A DNA stretch of 61,737 nt, filler included. It is 6 parts of 6 records of this genome, joined end to end, with 100 filler letters (N's around TTAATTAATTAA, not from the genome) between each part and the next. Parts side by side here need not be neighbours in the genome. Positions count along the whole stretch, not along the records: positions 23,041 to 37,106 come from SRR20825019_2079; positions 37,207 to 47,260 come from SRR20825019_2083; 4 more parts are not named here. One strand, given 5' to 3'. Position numbers and translations under genes: made by a program. Position 1 is the stretch's first letter, and each line of letters begins with the position of its first letter. The notes under the pieces were generated by a model. That model worked only from the letters and a program-made list of their open reading frames with translations, was not told the DNA's origin and made no database searches. Below are positions 31,757 through 41,532 of this stretch, in pieces.

Positions 31757-32478
31757 TCCGGTGGCTCCGCCAAGGGTCCGTAAAGGATCAGTGCGGCGCT
31801 GTCGCCAACTTCCTGCGCCAGCCGTTGGGCCAGCCCGGCAACATCCGACCGTGTGATAAGCTGTTCGGGGCGGCTGACATCCTCGGCCAGTATGGCGGGT
31901 GTATCAGGCGGCAAGCCATGTGCCAGCAGTTTTGCCAGAAGATCCGGGAAGGTGCGCTTTCCCATGAAGATGACCGTCGAGGCCGTGGGGTCCGCAAGCG
32001 CGGTCAGGCTGATGTCACCCGGCAATTTGCCTGTCACGTCATGGCCGGTGACAAATTGCACACGGCGCGCCGTCAGGCGACGGGTCAGCGGTATGCCTGC
32101 CGCCGCTGCCGCTGCCACGGCCGAAGGGATGCCGGGAATGATCTCATAGGGGATTCCGGCTGCGCGCAGGGCGACAAGTTCTTCTTCCAGCCGACCAAAA
32201 AGCCCGCCGTCACCGGATTTCAGCCGGACAACCCGCTGGTCAATCCTTGCGTAGTCTACCAGCAAGCGGCTGACGTGATCCTGTCGTGGTGACGCACGCC
32301 CGGCACGCTTGCCGACCCCCACAAGGTCTGCGCCGCTGCGCGCATGGCTTAGGATTGGCCCGGCGCTGAGATCATCGAACAGCACGGCATCGGCGCGCTT
32401 CAGTCGGTCCACCGCTTTCAGCGTCAGCAATTCCGGATCGCCGGGGCCCGAGCCCACGAAGCTGACAAAGCCGGTCAT
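31753..32478 (-). CDS. cobA: Uroporphyrinogen-III C-methyltransferase
   Basis: VGSGPGDPELLTLKA, VRLKSGD..LFGR and FVTGH motifs. Confidence 0.92.
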   Translation of the reverse strand: MTGFVSFVGSGPGDPELLTLKAVDRLKRADAVLFDDLSAGPILSHARSGADLVGVGKRAGRASPRQDHVSRLLVDYARIDQRVVRLKSGDGGLFGRLEEELVALRAAGIPYEIIPGIPSAVAAAAAAGIPLTRRLTARRVQFVTGHDVTGKLPGDISLTALADPTASTVIFMGKRTFPDLLAKLLAHGLPPDTPAILAEDVSRPEQLITRSDVAGLAQRLAQEVGDSAALILYGPLAEPPE

Positions 32479-33809
32479 TGCGTGGCCTCTTGCGCCGTGA
32501 TGAGATGAAAGAAAGTGCCCGTAACATGCCCCCGGAACGACCCGGTTTCGGGCACCGTCGCACCATCGGCATCGGCCACACGCGCCAACGGGGCGTCGGG
32601 CTGTTCGAGGATGGTGGAGTAGTGGAATTCATGCCCCAGAAGCTTCGCTCCGACCTCGTGCCCCGGCATCGCTGTCAGCAGTTCGACGCGCCGATACCCA
32701 AGGTGGAACTTGCGTTTCTCGTAGCTGGTCACAAGACCCAGCAGACCGGCCATTTCATGGGCTGTGCCGTCTTTGTCGATCAGCGCCGCGCCAAGCGCCA
32801 TATACCCTCCGCATTCGCCATGCACGGGCCGTGTTTGGGCGTGGCGGATCAGGCCATCGCGAAACCGGGTCGCCGCCGCCAGCCGCCCTGCATGTAACTC
32901 GGGGTATCCTCCCGGCAGCCAGACCAAATCCGCACTTGGATCGGGTGCTTCGTCAGCCAATGGCGAAAAGGGCAGGATTTCCGCCCCTGCAGCGCGCCAG
33001 CCTTCCAACTGATGCGGATAGGTAAAAGAAAACGCAGCATCCTGCGCCAGTGCAATGCGTCCGGCAGGTGCCCGGGGCAATGAGCCTTCGCAGGATCTGC
33101 CGTTTTTGCCGCGCGCCGCAGCGCGCAGCGCATCCAGGTCGACATGGGCCCGCAGGAAATCCGCATAGCCCGCGATGGCGGCGTCCAGATCGGGATGCTC
33201 GACCGCCTGGATCAGACCCAGATGCCTTTCGGGCAAAACCAGATCACCGCGCCGGGGCAGGGCGCCCAACACCTTTATTCCTGCCTGTTCCATGCCCAGT
33301 CGGGCCAGCCGCTCGTGACGTGGTGAGGCCACGCGGTTCAGGATGACACCCGCAAAGGGCAGATCTTTCCGATAGGCCTGAAACCCAAGCGCGGTGGCGG
33401 CGGCGGATTGCGCTTGGCCGCTGACATCGACGACCAGAACCACAGGCCATCCCATCTGAATTGCCGTTTCGGCCGAGCTGCCAAAACCGCTTTGACCTCG
33501 GGTCGCAACACCGTCGTAAAGCCCCATAGATCCTTCGGCGATACATATATCGGCGTCGCGCGACTGTGCCGCGACGGCCCCCAAAAGCTGCGGCCCCATC
33601 GCCCAGGTGTCCACGTTGAACGAATTTCGCCCGCTCGCGGCGCGGTGAAACGCAGGGTCGATGTAATCCGGGCCGGATTTATAGGGCTGGACAGCAATGC
33701 CTTCGTCGGACAACGCCCGCAGCAGGCCCAGCATCACCGTTGTCTTTCCAGTGCCGGATGATGGCGCCGAGATCATGAGGCCGGGTGGGGTATGGGCGAA
33801 ATCAGTCAT
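32475..33809 (-). CDS. cobB: Cobyrinate/hydrogenobyrinate a,c-diamide synthase
   Basis: [35 protein letters not shown] and GHEFHYS motifs. Start set to 33809. Confidence 0.95.
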   Translation of the reverse strand: MTDFAHTPPGLMISAPSSGTGKTTVMLGLLRALSDEGIAVQPYKSGPDYIDPAFHRAASGRNSFNVDTWAMGPQLLGAVAAQSRDADICIAEGSMGLYDGVATRGQSGFGSSAETAIQMGWPVVLVVDVSGQAQSAAATALGFQAYRKDLPFAGVILNRVASPRHERLARLGMEQAGIKVLGALPRRGDLVLPERHLGLIQAVEHPDLDAAIAGYADFLRAHVDLDALRAAARGKNGRSCEGSLPRAPAGRIALAQDAAFSFTYPHQLEGWRAAGAEILPFSPLADEAPDPSADLVWLPGGYPELHAGRLAAATRFRDGLIRHAQTRPVHGECGGYMALGAALIDKDGTAHEMAGLLGLVTSYEKRKFHLGYRRVELLTAMPGHEVGAKLLGHEFHYSTILEQPDAPLARVADADGATVPETGSFRGHVTGTFFHLITAQEATQ

Positions 33810-34596
33810 CACCATGGCTCCACCCCGCCCAAGGGCTGTCTGCGGTCTGTGGTCGATAGCGCCGATCATAGTCCACCGCGTAAAGGCGGCTTTCGTCGAA
33901 CCCTTCGCCTGCCAGCGCCGGACCAACAAGGATCAGGGCCGTGCGCGTGATCCCGGCATCCAGCCGTTCGGCAATATCGGCCAGAGTGCCGCGAATGATC
34001 CGCTCGTCCGGCCAGCTTGCGCGGTAGACGACGGCGACAGGGCAGTCCGCACCGTAGGCCGTGGTCAGATCGGCGGTGACGGCGGCCATGTTCTGCACTG
34101 AAAGGTGAATGGCCAGCGTTGCACCCGTTGCCGCGAAGTTGGTCAAGGTCTCGCGTTCGGGCATGTTCGAGGCCCGTCCCGGGGTGCGTGTCAGCACAAC
34201 CGATTGCGCCAGCCCCGGCAGGGTCAATTCCGTGCCAAGCGCGGCGGCCGCCGCGGCAAAGGACGGCACGCCGGGCGTGACCGAAACCGGAATGTCCAGC
34301 GCGCGCAGGCGGCGGATCTGCTCGCCCATGGCGGACCAGACCGACAGATCGCCCGAATGCAGCCGCGCCACATCATGCCCTGCTGCATGGGCCGCCTGCA
34401 TATGCCCAATGATCGCATCCAGATCGAGCGACGCCGTGTTGATGACAAGCGCATCCTCGGGGCAATGGGCCAGAATGGCTTCTGGGACAAGCGAGCCTGC
34501 ATAGAGGCAGACCGGCGAGGCGGCGATGATGTCGCGTCCTCTCAGGGTCAAAAGGTCGGGTGCGCCGGGACCGGCACCGATGAAATGGACGGTCAT
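33802..34596 (-). CDS. cobM: Precorrin-4 C11-methyltransferase
   Basis: [27 protein letters not shown] and TLAIHLS motifs. Confidence 0.95.
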   Translation of the reverse strand: MTVHFIGAGPGAPDLLTLRGRDIIAASPVCLYAGSLVPEAILAHCPEDALVINTASLDLDAIIGHMQAAHAAGHDVARLHSGDLSVWSAMGEQIRRLRALDIPVSVTPGVPSFAAAAAALGTELTLPGLAQSVVLTRTPGRASNMPERETLTNFAATGATLAIHLSVQNMAAVTADLTTAYGADCPVAVVYRASWPDERIIRGTLADIAERLDAGITRTALILVGPALAGEGFDESRLYAVDYDRRYRPQTADSPWAGWSHGDD

Positions 34597-34955
34597 GTCG
34601 CGTCTCCTATTGCGATTGCGCAGGTCGCCAGCCTGTCATGTGAAATCACCCGCGCAGCCAGCAGGCGGGCGCCGGGTCCTGCTGCGGCCAGCGCCGCGGC
34701 TTCGGCAACGCTGCCGGTGTCATAGTTGGCGTGTGATGCGGCCGAGTGTGTCTGGACCGGCTGTTGTCTGAGTGTATCGACCTGGACCGCGACAACCGGA
34801 AGGCCAAGCGCCCGGGCAAGCCCCGCAAATGGCGCTGCATCAGCCTTGGCCGCCGCGGTTGCCAAGCAGTCGGGTGCAATGGCTTGCAATTCAAGCGCAT
34901 TGCGCAGGCTGTCCACATGCGCCCCGCTGCGAAAACCGAACCCCGCGACGATCAT
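34593..34955 (-). CDS. cobE: Cobalamin biosynthesis protein CobE (CbiG C-terminal domain)
   Basis: [21 protein letters not shown] and ATCAIA motifs. Confidence 0.85.
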   Translation of the reverse strand: MIVAGFGFRSGAHVDSLRNALELQAIAPDCLATAAAKADAAPFAGLARALGLPVVAVQVDTLRQQPVQTHSAASHANYDTGSVAEAAALAAAGPGARLLAARVISHDRLATCAIAIGDAT

Positions 34956-36151
34956 AGGGTCACGCTCCACTGCACAATCGGATAGCTGGCTTTCCAGCCA
35001 CGTCCGGACCCCAGCGGCGCGGCGCGGGCCAGTTCGATCCGCAAAAGGTCACCACCGTGGCGTTCGTGTGCCTTCAGCAATAACGCTTCGCTTTCCAAGG
35101 TGACGGCATTGGCCACCAGCCGCGTACCTGCGGGCAGGAAGGCCTCAAGCCAGTCCAGCAGCGGTTGGGACAATCCTCCGCCGACAAAGACGCAATCGGG
35201 CCGCGTTAACCCTTCCAGCGCGGCGGGGGCGGCTCCTTCGACAACCTGCAGGCGGTCCACCCCAAGTGCCGCGGCATTTGCGGTGATCCGCGCGGCGCGC
35301 GCAGGCTTCTGTTCGATTGTCGTCGCGCTCAGGCTTGGATCGCTCAGCAGCCATTCTATTGCAATCGAACCTGACCCGCCGCCAATGTCCCAAAGATGTT
35401 CGAACGGGCGCGGGGCCAGTGCCGAAAGGGTCAGCGCCCGTACCGGCTGTTTTGTCATGGTGCCGTCGCTGTCGAAAAAAGCATCCGGCCTGCCGCTGGC
35501 CAGTGGCATGGCAATGCCGGGGCCTGCAACCTCGATTGCCGCGCAAACCGGATGCGCAAACGCGCCGCCAACCGCATCATCAGCGCGCATATCACAGCGC
35601 CGCATGTTCGGCCCGCCAAGCGATTCCAGCACGCTGATCGTGGAGGTGCCCCAACCCTGCTTTACCAGATATTCCATCAGCGATGGCACGGTCGCACCGT
35701 CGCGCAACAACACAATCAGCCGCACACCTGGCGCCAACGCCGGGCGCAATCGTGACAACGGCGCGGCATGCAGCCCGAAACAGCGCGTGGTCTCTAACGG
35801 CCAGCCCATCACTCCGGCCGCAAGCGAAAAGGTAGAGACACCCGGCAATGTCCGCCATTCTCCCGGCGGAAGGTGGCGCATCATGCTGCCCCCTGCACCG
35901 AACCAGAACGGGTCACCCGACGCCAGCATGACAACACGCTTGCCACGATGGCCAAGCAGGGTTTCGATGCCCTCGGCAAATGGCACCGGCCAGGTCACGC
36001 GCGTGGCCTGACAGGGTGGCAAAAGCGCCAGATGGCGTGCCGCGCCCATGACGATTTCTGCATCTTCCAGCGCGGCAAGACTTGCACGAGACAAGCCTTC
36101 CGGCGCATCTTCGCCAATCCCGAGTATCGTCAGCCAAGGAGTATCAGACAT
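34952..36151 (-). CDS. cobL: Precorrin-6B C5,15-methyltransferase (CbiE/CbiT fusion)
   Basis: WLTILGIGED, LASGDPFWFG, WDIGGGSGS, FVGGG and VANAVTLES motifs. Start set to 36151. Confidence 0.94.
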   Translation of the reverse strand: MSDTPWLTILGIGEDAPEGLSRASLAALEDAEIVMGAARHLALLPPCQATRVTWPVPFAEGIETLLGHRGKRVVMLASGDPFWFGAGGSMMRHLPPGEWRTLPGVSTFSLAAGVMGWPLETTRCFGLHAAPLSRLRPALAPGVRLIVLLRDGATVPSLMEYLVKQGWGTSTISVLESLGGPNMRRCDMRADDAVGGAFAHPVCAAIEVAGPGIAMPLASGRPDAFFDSDGTMTKQPVRALTLSALAPRPFEHLWDIGGGSGSIAIEWLLSDPSLSATTIEQKPARAARITANAAALGVDRLQVVEGAAPAALEGLTRPDCVFVGGGLSQPLLDWLEAFLPAGTRLVANAVTLESEALLLKAHERHGGDLLRIELARAAPLGSGRGWKASYPIVQWSVTL

Positions 36152-36905
36152 GAAGAGCAACCCCCTGATCCTTGGCGGCACGACCGAGGCAACGGCGCTT
36201 TGCCGTGCGCTGAGCGACGCGGGTATTGGCGGCACGATTTCCTTGGCGGGCCGTGTGGCGCGTCCCTTGCAACAGCCTTTGCCGCAGCGCATCGGCGGGT
36301 TTGGCGGCGTGTCGGGTCTGGTGCAATATCTGGCCGACCACCGCATCAGCCATGTCATTGATGCCACGCATCCCTTCGCCGCGCAGATGAGCAGAAATGC
36401 GATCCAAGCCTGTGCCTTGGCGCATGTGCCGTTGATTGCACTGAGCCGCGAACCGTGGCGTGCGGGGGCGTGGGATAAGTGGACCCACGTGCGCGATATT
36501 GCAGGTGCGGTCACGGCCCTGAACCGCCCCGCAGCGCGTGTCATGCTGGCCGTTGGGCGCATGCACCTCTCCGAATTCAGCCCAAACCCGCAGCATTTCT
36601 ATTTGCTGCGCTTGATCGACGCGACAGAAGATCGGCTGCCCTTTCCAGATCACCGGATCGTGCTGGATCGCGGGCCGTTCACCTATCAAGGCGACCTTGA
36701 ACTGATGCGAGAAAACGGGATCAATCTTGTCGTGTCCAAAAATTCCGGCGGCACCGGCGCGCGCGCCAAGTTGGCGGCGGCACGTGCCCTTGGAATTCCT
36801 GTCGTGATGATTGATCGGCCCGACCTTCCACCGCGCCTTGAAACCTATGAGGTTTCCGCTGTTTTGGACTGGCTGTGTCATGGCAGAACCGATCTGGGCG
36901 TATAG
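36150..36905 (+). CDS. cobK: Precorrin-6A/cobalt-precorrin-6A reductase
   Basis: LILGGTTEA, GGFGG, IDATHPFA and VSKNSGG motifs. Start set to 36150. Confidence 0.94.
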   Translation: MKSNPLILGGTTEATALCRALSDAGIGGTISLAGRVARPLQQPLPQRIGGFGGVSGLVQYLADHRISHVIDATHPFAAQMSRNAIQACALAHVPLIALSREPWRAGAWDKWTHVRDIAGAVTALNRPAARVMLAVGRMHLSEFSPNPQHFYLLRLIDATEDRLPFPDHRIVLDRGPFTYQGDLELMRENGINLVVSKNSGGTGARAKLAAARALGIPVVMIDRPDLPPRLETYEVSAVLDWLCHGRTDLGV

Positions 36906-37106
36906 ACGATTCTGCGCCGCGCGCCCTCGATGATCCGTGTATTTGACGCACCCAGGATGACCACCGTGCGCATGTCTGCCATTTCGGGGCGCGCCTCAGT
37001 CAAAGGCACGATGCTGATCTGCTCGTCCGGCGTGGAGACGGCACGCGCAAACACAACCGGGCGCGCATCGCCGCAGGCCATCTGCAAAAGGTCCAATGCG
37101 CGGGCG
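36878..37106 (-). CDS. cobJ: Precorrin-3B C17-methyltransferase, C-terminal part (truncated)
   Basis: ADMRTVVILG and YTPR C-terminal motifs. Confidence 0.85.
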
Positions 37107-37206
37107 NNNNNNNNNNNNNNNNNNNNNNNNNNNNNNNNNNNNNNNNNNNNTTAATTAATTAANNNNNNNNNNNNNNNNNNNNNNNNNNNNNNNNNNNNNN
37201 NNNNNN
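37107..37206. other. Artificial contig spacer
   Basis: N44-TTAATTAATTAA-N44. Confidence 0.99.
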
Positions 37207-37207
37207 A

Positions 37208-37615
37208 GGGCAATTTATGAGCCCTGAAAGCATGAAGCATGCCGTTACCAAGGTAACGGAAACTGGAAATGAGCAGGCCATTATCACCGATCGTGGAACC
37301 ATGTTCGGATACCAAGACATGATCGTAGATTTCCGTGGCATTCCTACCATGAAGCAATATGCCCCAGTTGTACTGGATGTTACACACTCCCTTCAACAGC
37401 CCAACCAATCCTCTGGAGTTACCGGCGGAAGACCCGCGCTGATAGGAACAATGTCCCGAGCAGGAATCGCAGCTGGTGTAGATGGACTTTTTATGGAAAC
37501 CCATTTTGATCCTGCAAATGCCAAAAGTGATGGCGCCAATATGCTGGATTTAAGTTTATTGGAAAAACTTTTGACGGATTTGACTGCAATTAGAAAAACT
37601 ATCAATTCACTGTAA
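37208..37615 (+). CDS. kdsA: KDO 8-phosphate synthase, C-terminal part
   Basis: GQFM, DRGTMFGY, DVTHSLQQP and FMETH.DP.A.SDG motifs. Confidence 0.93.
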   Translation, partial: GQFMSPESMKHAVTKVTETGNEQAIITDRGTMFGYQDMIVDFRGIPTMKQYAPVVLDVTHSLQQPNQSSGVTGGRPALIGTMSRAGIAAGVDGLFMETHFDPANAKSDGANMLDLSLLEKLLTDLTAIRKTINSL

Positions 37616-37686
37616 ACTCTTCCGAGACTACAATTTTAACAAAATCAACAAACTGATTTTAAGATAATTATATTTAATTTTTAAGT

Positions 37687-37776
37687 TTATTTATAATTAG
37701 TCTAAATATTTTTTGCCTGATTAAATGTTGGGACATACATTTGCATTCGAAATTTATTTAGACCAATTACAAATAA
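37687..37776 (+). promoter_or_regulatory. Promoter (TACATTTG at 37736-37743) flanked by two AT-rich palindromic operator-like boxes
   Basis: ttatttataattagtctaaata (37687-37708) and ttatttagaccaattacaaataa (37754-37776). Confidence 0.6.
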
Positions 37777-37779
37777 CTA

Positions 37780-40116
37780 ATGAAGAATATATTACTCATC
37801 CTCAGCCTAGCTGTCTTCTCTTTTTCACAAGCCCAAACAGGAAGTTTGGAAGGAAAAGTGACCGATCAAAGAAACAACGCCCTATCAGATGTAAACATTA
37901 TGCTGTCCAACACCAGTTTGGGCGCCACATCCGATAGTTCGGGTTCTTACAAAATTGAAAATCTTGCTCCTGGCGCCTACACGCTTACCTTTTCTATGGT
38001 AGGTTTTGGAATGCAAACTAAGACCATCACGATCAATGCTGGACAAACCACACAAGTTCCAACGGTTAAAATGGTGGAGAAACAAGAGCAGCTCAACGAA
38101 GTTATTGTTGAGGGACATCAAAACAAATACTTGGAAAGGGAGCCTTCAACTTCGCTTCGGCTAAAAACCGAATTGGTGAAACTGCCACAAAATGTACAGG
38201 TCATCAGCGACGAGCTCTTAAAAGATCAGCAAGTAACCACCATAATGGACGGACTTACCCGAAATGTGAGTGGTGTTACCATGTTGGAACATTGGGGACA
38301 ATTTGCCCGGATCAACATGCGTGGTTTCCGTTTACCAGCTTTCAGGAACGGAGTAAACGTCCAAGACAGCTGGGGACCATTGGCCGAAGACATGAACACG
38401 GTGGAACGCATTGAATTTGTAAAAGGCCCGGCCGGATTTATGATGTCCGCAGGTGAGCCCGGTGGTTTTTATAATGTAGTTACCAAAAAACCTACAGAAG
38501 AGTTTGTTGCCAACGCATCTTTTACAGCAGGTAGCTTTGACTTTTATCGTGGTACTGTTGATGTGGGTGGCAAAGCCTCCGAAAATGGAAAGTTGCTCTA
38601 TCGTTTCAACGCCATGTACCAAACTACTGACAGCCATAGAGGAAATGAGCAAACCGATAGATTTGGCATCGCTCCTGCCCTAACCTATAAGTTTAGCGAC
38701 AAAACCTCAATTACTGCTGAAATGAACTTGCAGGATGCTGAATCCTTCTTGGGGTCTGCCTATATTTTTGCGCCTGTGGAAGATGGATACGCGAGCCTGC
38801 CCCGTGACTTCAACTTTGTTGACACCAATTATCCAAAAACCGACATTCAAGAAGTTACTTTCTTTTTGAATGCCAAACACGAATTTTCAGATAATTGGAG
38901 CGTTGAAGGTCAAATGGCATATTTAAGATATGATCAAATTGGAAATTCTGCATGGATAGCAGGACTTGATAGCGATACCGGAGATGTTGTTAGGACCATA
39001 TCCCAGTGGGATGCACTATCCGTAGGTAAATATGCTCAGTTATATATTAATGGTGCTTTCAATACTGGTGCTGTTTCACATAAAATATTGGGAGGTTTCG
39101 ACTTTAGCGATAAATCCTATTGGGCTGATTTCTCGGTAACACTTCCTGTAGATACTGCAACACCCTTTAATATTTACAATCCCCAATATGGTGTTACTAT
39201 TCCAGAGTTCGACCGTTCAGTAAATGTTCAATACAGAAACGGAGGTGCCCCATATAGTGCAAATACGTTAAGAGGATACTACTTGCAAGATGAGGTTGGT
39301 TTCTTGGATGATAAAATTCGATTGACCTTGGCCGGACGGTACACGAACTTGTACACGCAAGGAAAAACGGAAAACGATGACGTATTTACACCACGTGTTG
39401 GTTTGAGCGTTGATATTTTGCCCGATTTGACCGTTTACGGACTCTACGACCAATCTTTTTTGCCTCAAGCAGGAATGAGTGTTGATATGGAACCTTTGAA
39501 CGACCCTGTTGATGCCAACGATATTGAAGGTGGTATTAAGAAAAGTTTCTTCGATGGACGATTAAGGACTTCTTTAGGGGTCTATCAAATCACCAAAGAG
39601 AACATCTTGACCACAGACCCTTCCAATCCTAACTTCTCCATGTATTTGGGCGAAGTACAGTCAAAGGGAGTAGAATTCGACCTACAAGGACAAATTACTC
39701 CAGAACTAAATATAATCTTGAACTATGCCAATACCAAGGTAGAAGTAACCGAAGACCCCAATCCTGACATTGTAGGCACCAGAGTGGCCGGTCATGCCAA
39801 ACATGTAACCAATGGGTGGTTAAATTACAACTTCGCCCAGACATCATCGTTGAACGGATTCGGTGTTTCTTTAGGCTACCAATACCAAGTAGATAGATCT
39901 ACATGGGCCTGGGCCGCTGATAACCAGTCCGACCTTCCAGATTATTTTAGGATGGATGGTGCCCTATCATGGAGAAACAGCAACTTCAGGGTTCAGTTGA
40001 ACATCAACAATATTTTGGACGAATATCTATATTCCGGTGCCAATTATGGCTCTTACCTCTATTGGCAATCGGAACCGGGAATCAATGGAAGACTTACCGT
40101 TGCTTATAGTTTTTAA
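37780..40116 (+). CDS. TonB-dependent siderophore-type receptor with N-terminal carboxypeptidase-regulatory-like domain
   Basis: Signal peptide; plug motifs LPQNVQVI, RNVSGV, ERIEFVKGPA and PGG..N.VTKKP; beta-barrel ending in F. Confidence 0.93.
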   Translation: MKNILLILSLAVFSFSQAQTGSLEGKVTDQRNNALSDVNIMLSNTSLGATSDSSGSYKIENLAPGAYTLTFSMVGFGMQTKTITINAGQTTQVPTVKMVEKQEQLNEVIVEGHQNKYLEREPSTSLRLKTELVKLPQNVQVISDELLKDQQVTTIMDGLTRNVSGVTMLEHWGQFARINMRGFRLPAFRNGVNVQDSWGPLAEDMNTVERIEFVKGPAGFMMSAGEPGGFYNVVTKKPTEEFVANASFTAGSFDFYRGTVDVGGKASENGKLLYRFNAMYQTTDSHRGNEQTDRFGIAPALTYKFSDKTSITAEMNLQDAESFLGSAYIFAPVEDGYASLPRDFNFVDTNYPKTDIQEVTFFLNAKHEFSDNWSVEGQMAYLRYDQIGNSAWIAGLDSDTGDVVRTISQWDALSVGKYAQLYINGAFNTGAVSHKILGGFDFSDKSYWADFSVTLPVDTATPFNIYNPQYGVTIPEFDRSVNVQYRNGGAPYSANTLRGYYLQDEVGFLDDKIRLTLAGRYTNLYTQGKTENDDVFTPRVGLSVDILPDLTVYGLYDQSFLPQAGMSVDMEPLNDPVDANDIEGGIKKSFFDGRLRTSLGVYQITKENILTTDPSNPNFSMYLGEVQSKGVEFDLQGQITPELNIILNYANTKVEVTEDPNPDIVGTRVAGHAKHVTNGWLNYNFAQTSSLNGFGVSLGYQYQVDRSTWAWAADNQSDLPDYFRMDGALSWRNSNFRVQLNINNILDEYLYSGANYGSYLYWQSEPGINGRLTVAYSF

Positions 40117-40174
40117 ACCGAAACAATTTAATCAGGGCCCATGCAACATCATGGACCTTTAAATGCAAATGATC

Positions 40175-40891
40175 ATGAAAACAAAATTCATTCTTTTTTT
40201 AACTTGTCTCTTTGGGACCCTTACCGCCCAGGCCCACTACTTGTGGATAGAGACCAATGGAACTGGAAAACTTGGTAAAGCACAGGAAGTACGTGTACAC
40301 TATGGTGAGTACACTTATGGAGTTATTGAAAAAGTAGAAGGTGAAGCCTTTCCTGCAGTTTCTAAATTTACCCTTTGGGTAATAGCTCCCGATGGCACAA
40401 AGACCCAATTGAGCACAAAAGCTAAAGAAGACCATTACTTGTCGAGTTTTACCCCATCACAAAACGGTGTTTATACCATTGCCCTGAACAATAATGAAAT
40501 CGATGTGATCGATTATACCCAATACGATTTCGGGATTTTTAAGACACATTATCATTCTACCGCAAAAGTAAAAGTGGGAACCGATGGCGATACCAAAGCG
40601 GAAAATCCAGAAGGAATAGTGGTAAAACAATTGGAAAATGACGGGAAGGAAATCAAACTCCAAGTTTTGTACAAGGGAGAGCCCATAGCCAAAAACGAAC
40701 TTAAGGTCTATGTCTCCGACCTATGGTCGAAAACATTGTACACCGATGACAACGGCGAAGTTTCCTTTGCTTTGCCTTGGAATACAAAATACATTGTGGA
40801 GACCACGACCAAAGAGGAGATTCCAGGCACCTACAATGGCGAAGAGTATGAGTTTATCTGGCATTGTGCCACCTACTGTATAAAACAATAA
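40175..40891 (+). CDS. DUF4198-like periplasmic protein
   Basis: Signal peptide then AHYLWIE (His at mature N-terminus); VLYKGEP and TDDNGEVSF motifs. Confidence 0.7.
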   Translation: MKTKFILFLTCLFGTLTAQAHYLWIETNGTGKLGKAQEVRVHYGEYTYGVIEKVEGEAFPAVSKFTLWVIAPDGTKTQLSTKAKEDHYLSSFTPSQNGVYTIALNNNEIDVIDYTQYDFGIFKTHYHSTAKVKVGTDGDTKAENPEGIVVKQLENDGKEIKLQVLYKGEPIAKNELKVYVSDLWSKTLYTDDNGEVSFALPWNTKYIVETTTKEEIPGTYNGEEYEFIWHCATYCIKQ

Positions 40892-40893
40892 CA

Positions 40894-41226
40894 ATGTTCA
40901 CGGGAATTTCCCTTCTAACCTCAATTTCCTTTTACCTGCTGTACAGTACATCAAAAAAAATGTCGGCCGTTGGGAATCTGGGCTTTGAAAAATCGATTGG
41001 AGAACACGGAAGAGCATCCAAGTACATTGGCTTGGCCTTAATGATTTTATCATTGGGGCTGAGCTGCTTTTATTGGGGCATAGGTGCAGGAACATTTACC
41101 TTTTTTATCATTTTAATGACGATTGCCAGTTTAGTTATACTCTTGGCTCCCTTGCGATTGCTGAACTATACTTTTTTACTATTGACTTTTACCTGTTCAT
41201 TTATTTTTGAAGTTCTTCTGTTTTAA
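40894..41226 (+). CDS. Small membrane protein (DUF3325-like)
   Basis: 3-4 hydrophobic helices with WG.G.G; lies in the receptor-PepSY operon. Confidence 0.6.
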   Translation: MFTGISLLTSISFYLLYSTSKKMSAVGNLGFEKSIGEHGRASKYIGLALMILSLGLSCFYWGIGAGTFTFFIILMTIASLVILLAPLRLLNYTFLLLTFTCSFIFEVLLF

Positions 41227-41229
41227 ACT

Positions 41230-41529
41230 ATGCCCGCCAACAAAAAATACCTGACCCCATCTACCTCGCAACGTTTTGCCAAGATATCCGCTGCCATTTT
41301 GGGCGGTTTGATCGTTGCCGTAACTTTTCATATGGCACTGGCCAGCTGGTTTAATCACGTTACCGTGATCATCACCAGTACCTTTTCCGCTTTTATCCTA
41401 TGGGCCATTTTAATGGTTGTTGCTTTTTTGGGCAAAAATGGCTGGAAAATCTGGGGCATCTATCTTTTGGCAAGCCTTGTGCTCTTTGTGATCTTTTATT
41501 TCGGAAACCAAACCAACCCACTTGTTTAA
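41230..41529 (+). CDS. Small membrane protein (DUF3649-like)
   Basis: RFAKISAAILGG, three helices, W...AF..K..W. Confidence 0.6.
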   Translation: MPANKKYLTPSTSQRFAKISAAILGGLIVAVTFHMALASWFNHVTVIITSTFSAFILWAILMVVAFLGKNGWKIWGIYLLASLVLFVIFYFGNQTNPLV

Positions 41530-41532
41530 ACC

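Noticed and set aside
24391-36900. Many overlapping alternative-frame and antisense ORFs in the GC-rich contig (e.g. 24391-25041, 35100-36011, 36144-36881)
   Set aside because: Shadow ORFs expected at high GC; they overlap well-supported genes and show no recognisable motifs
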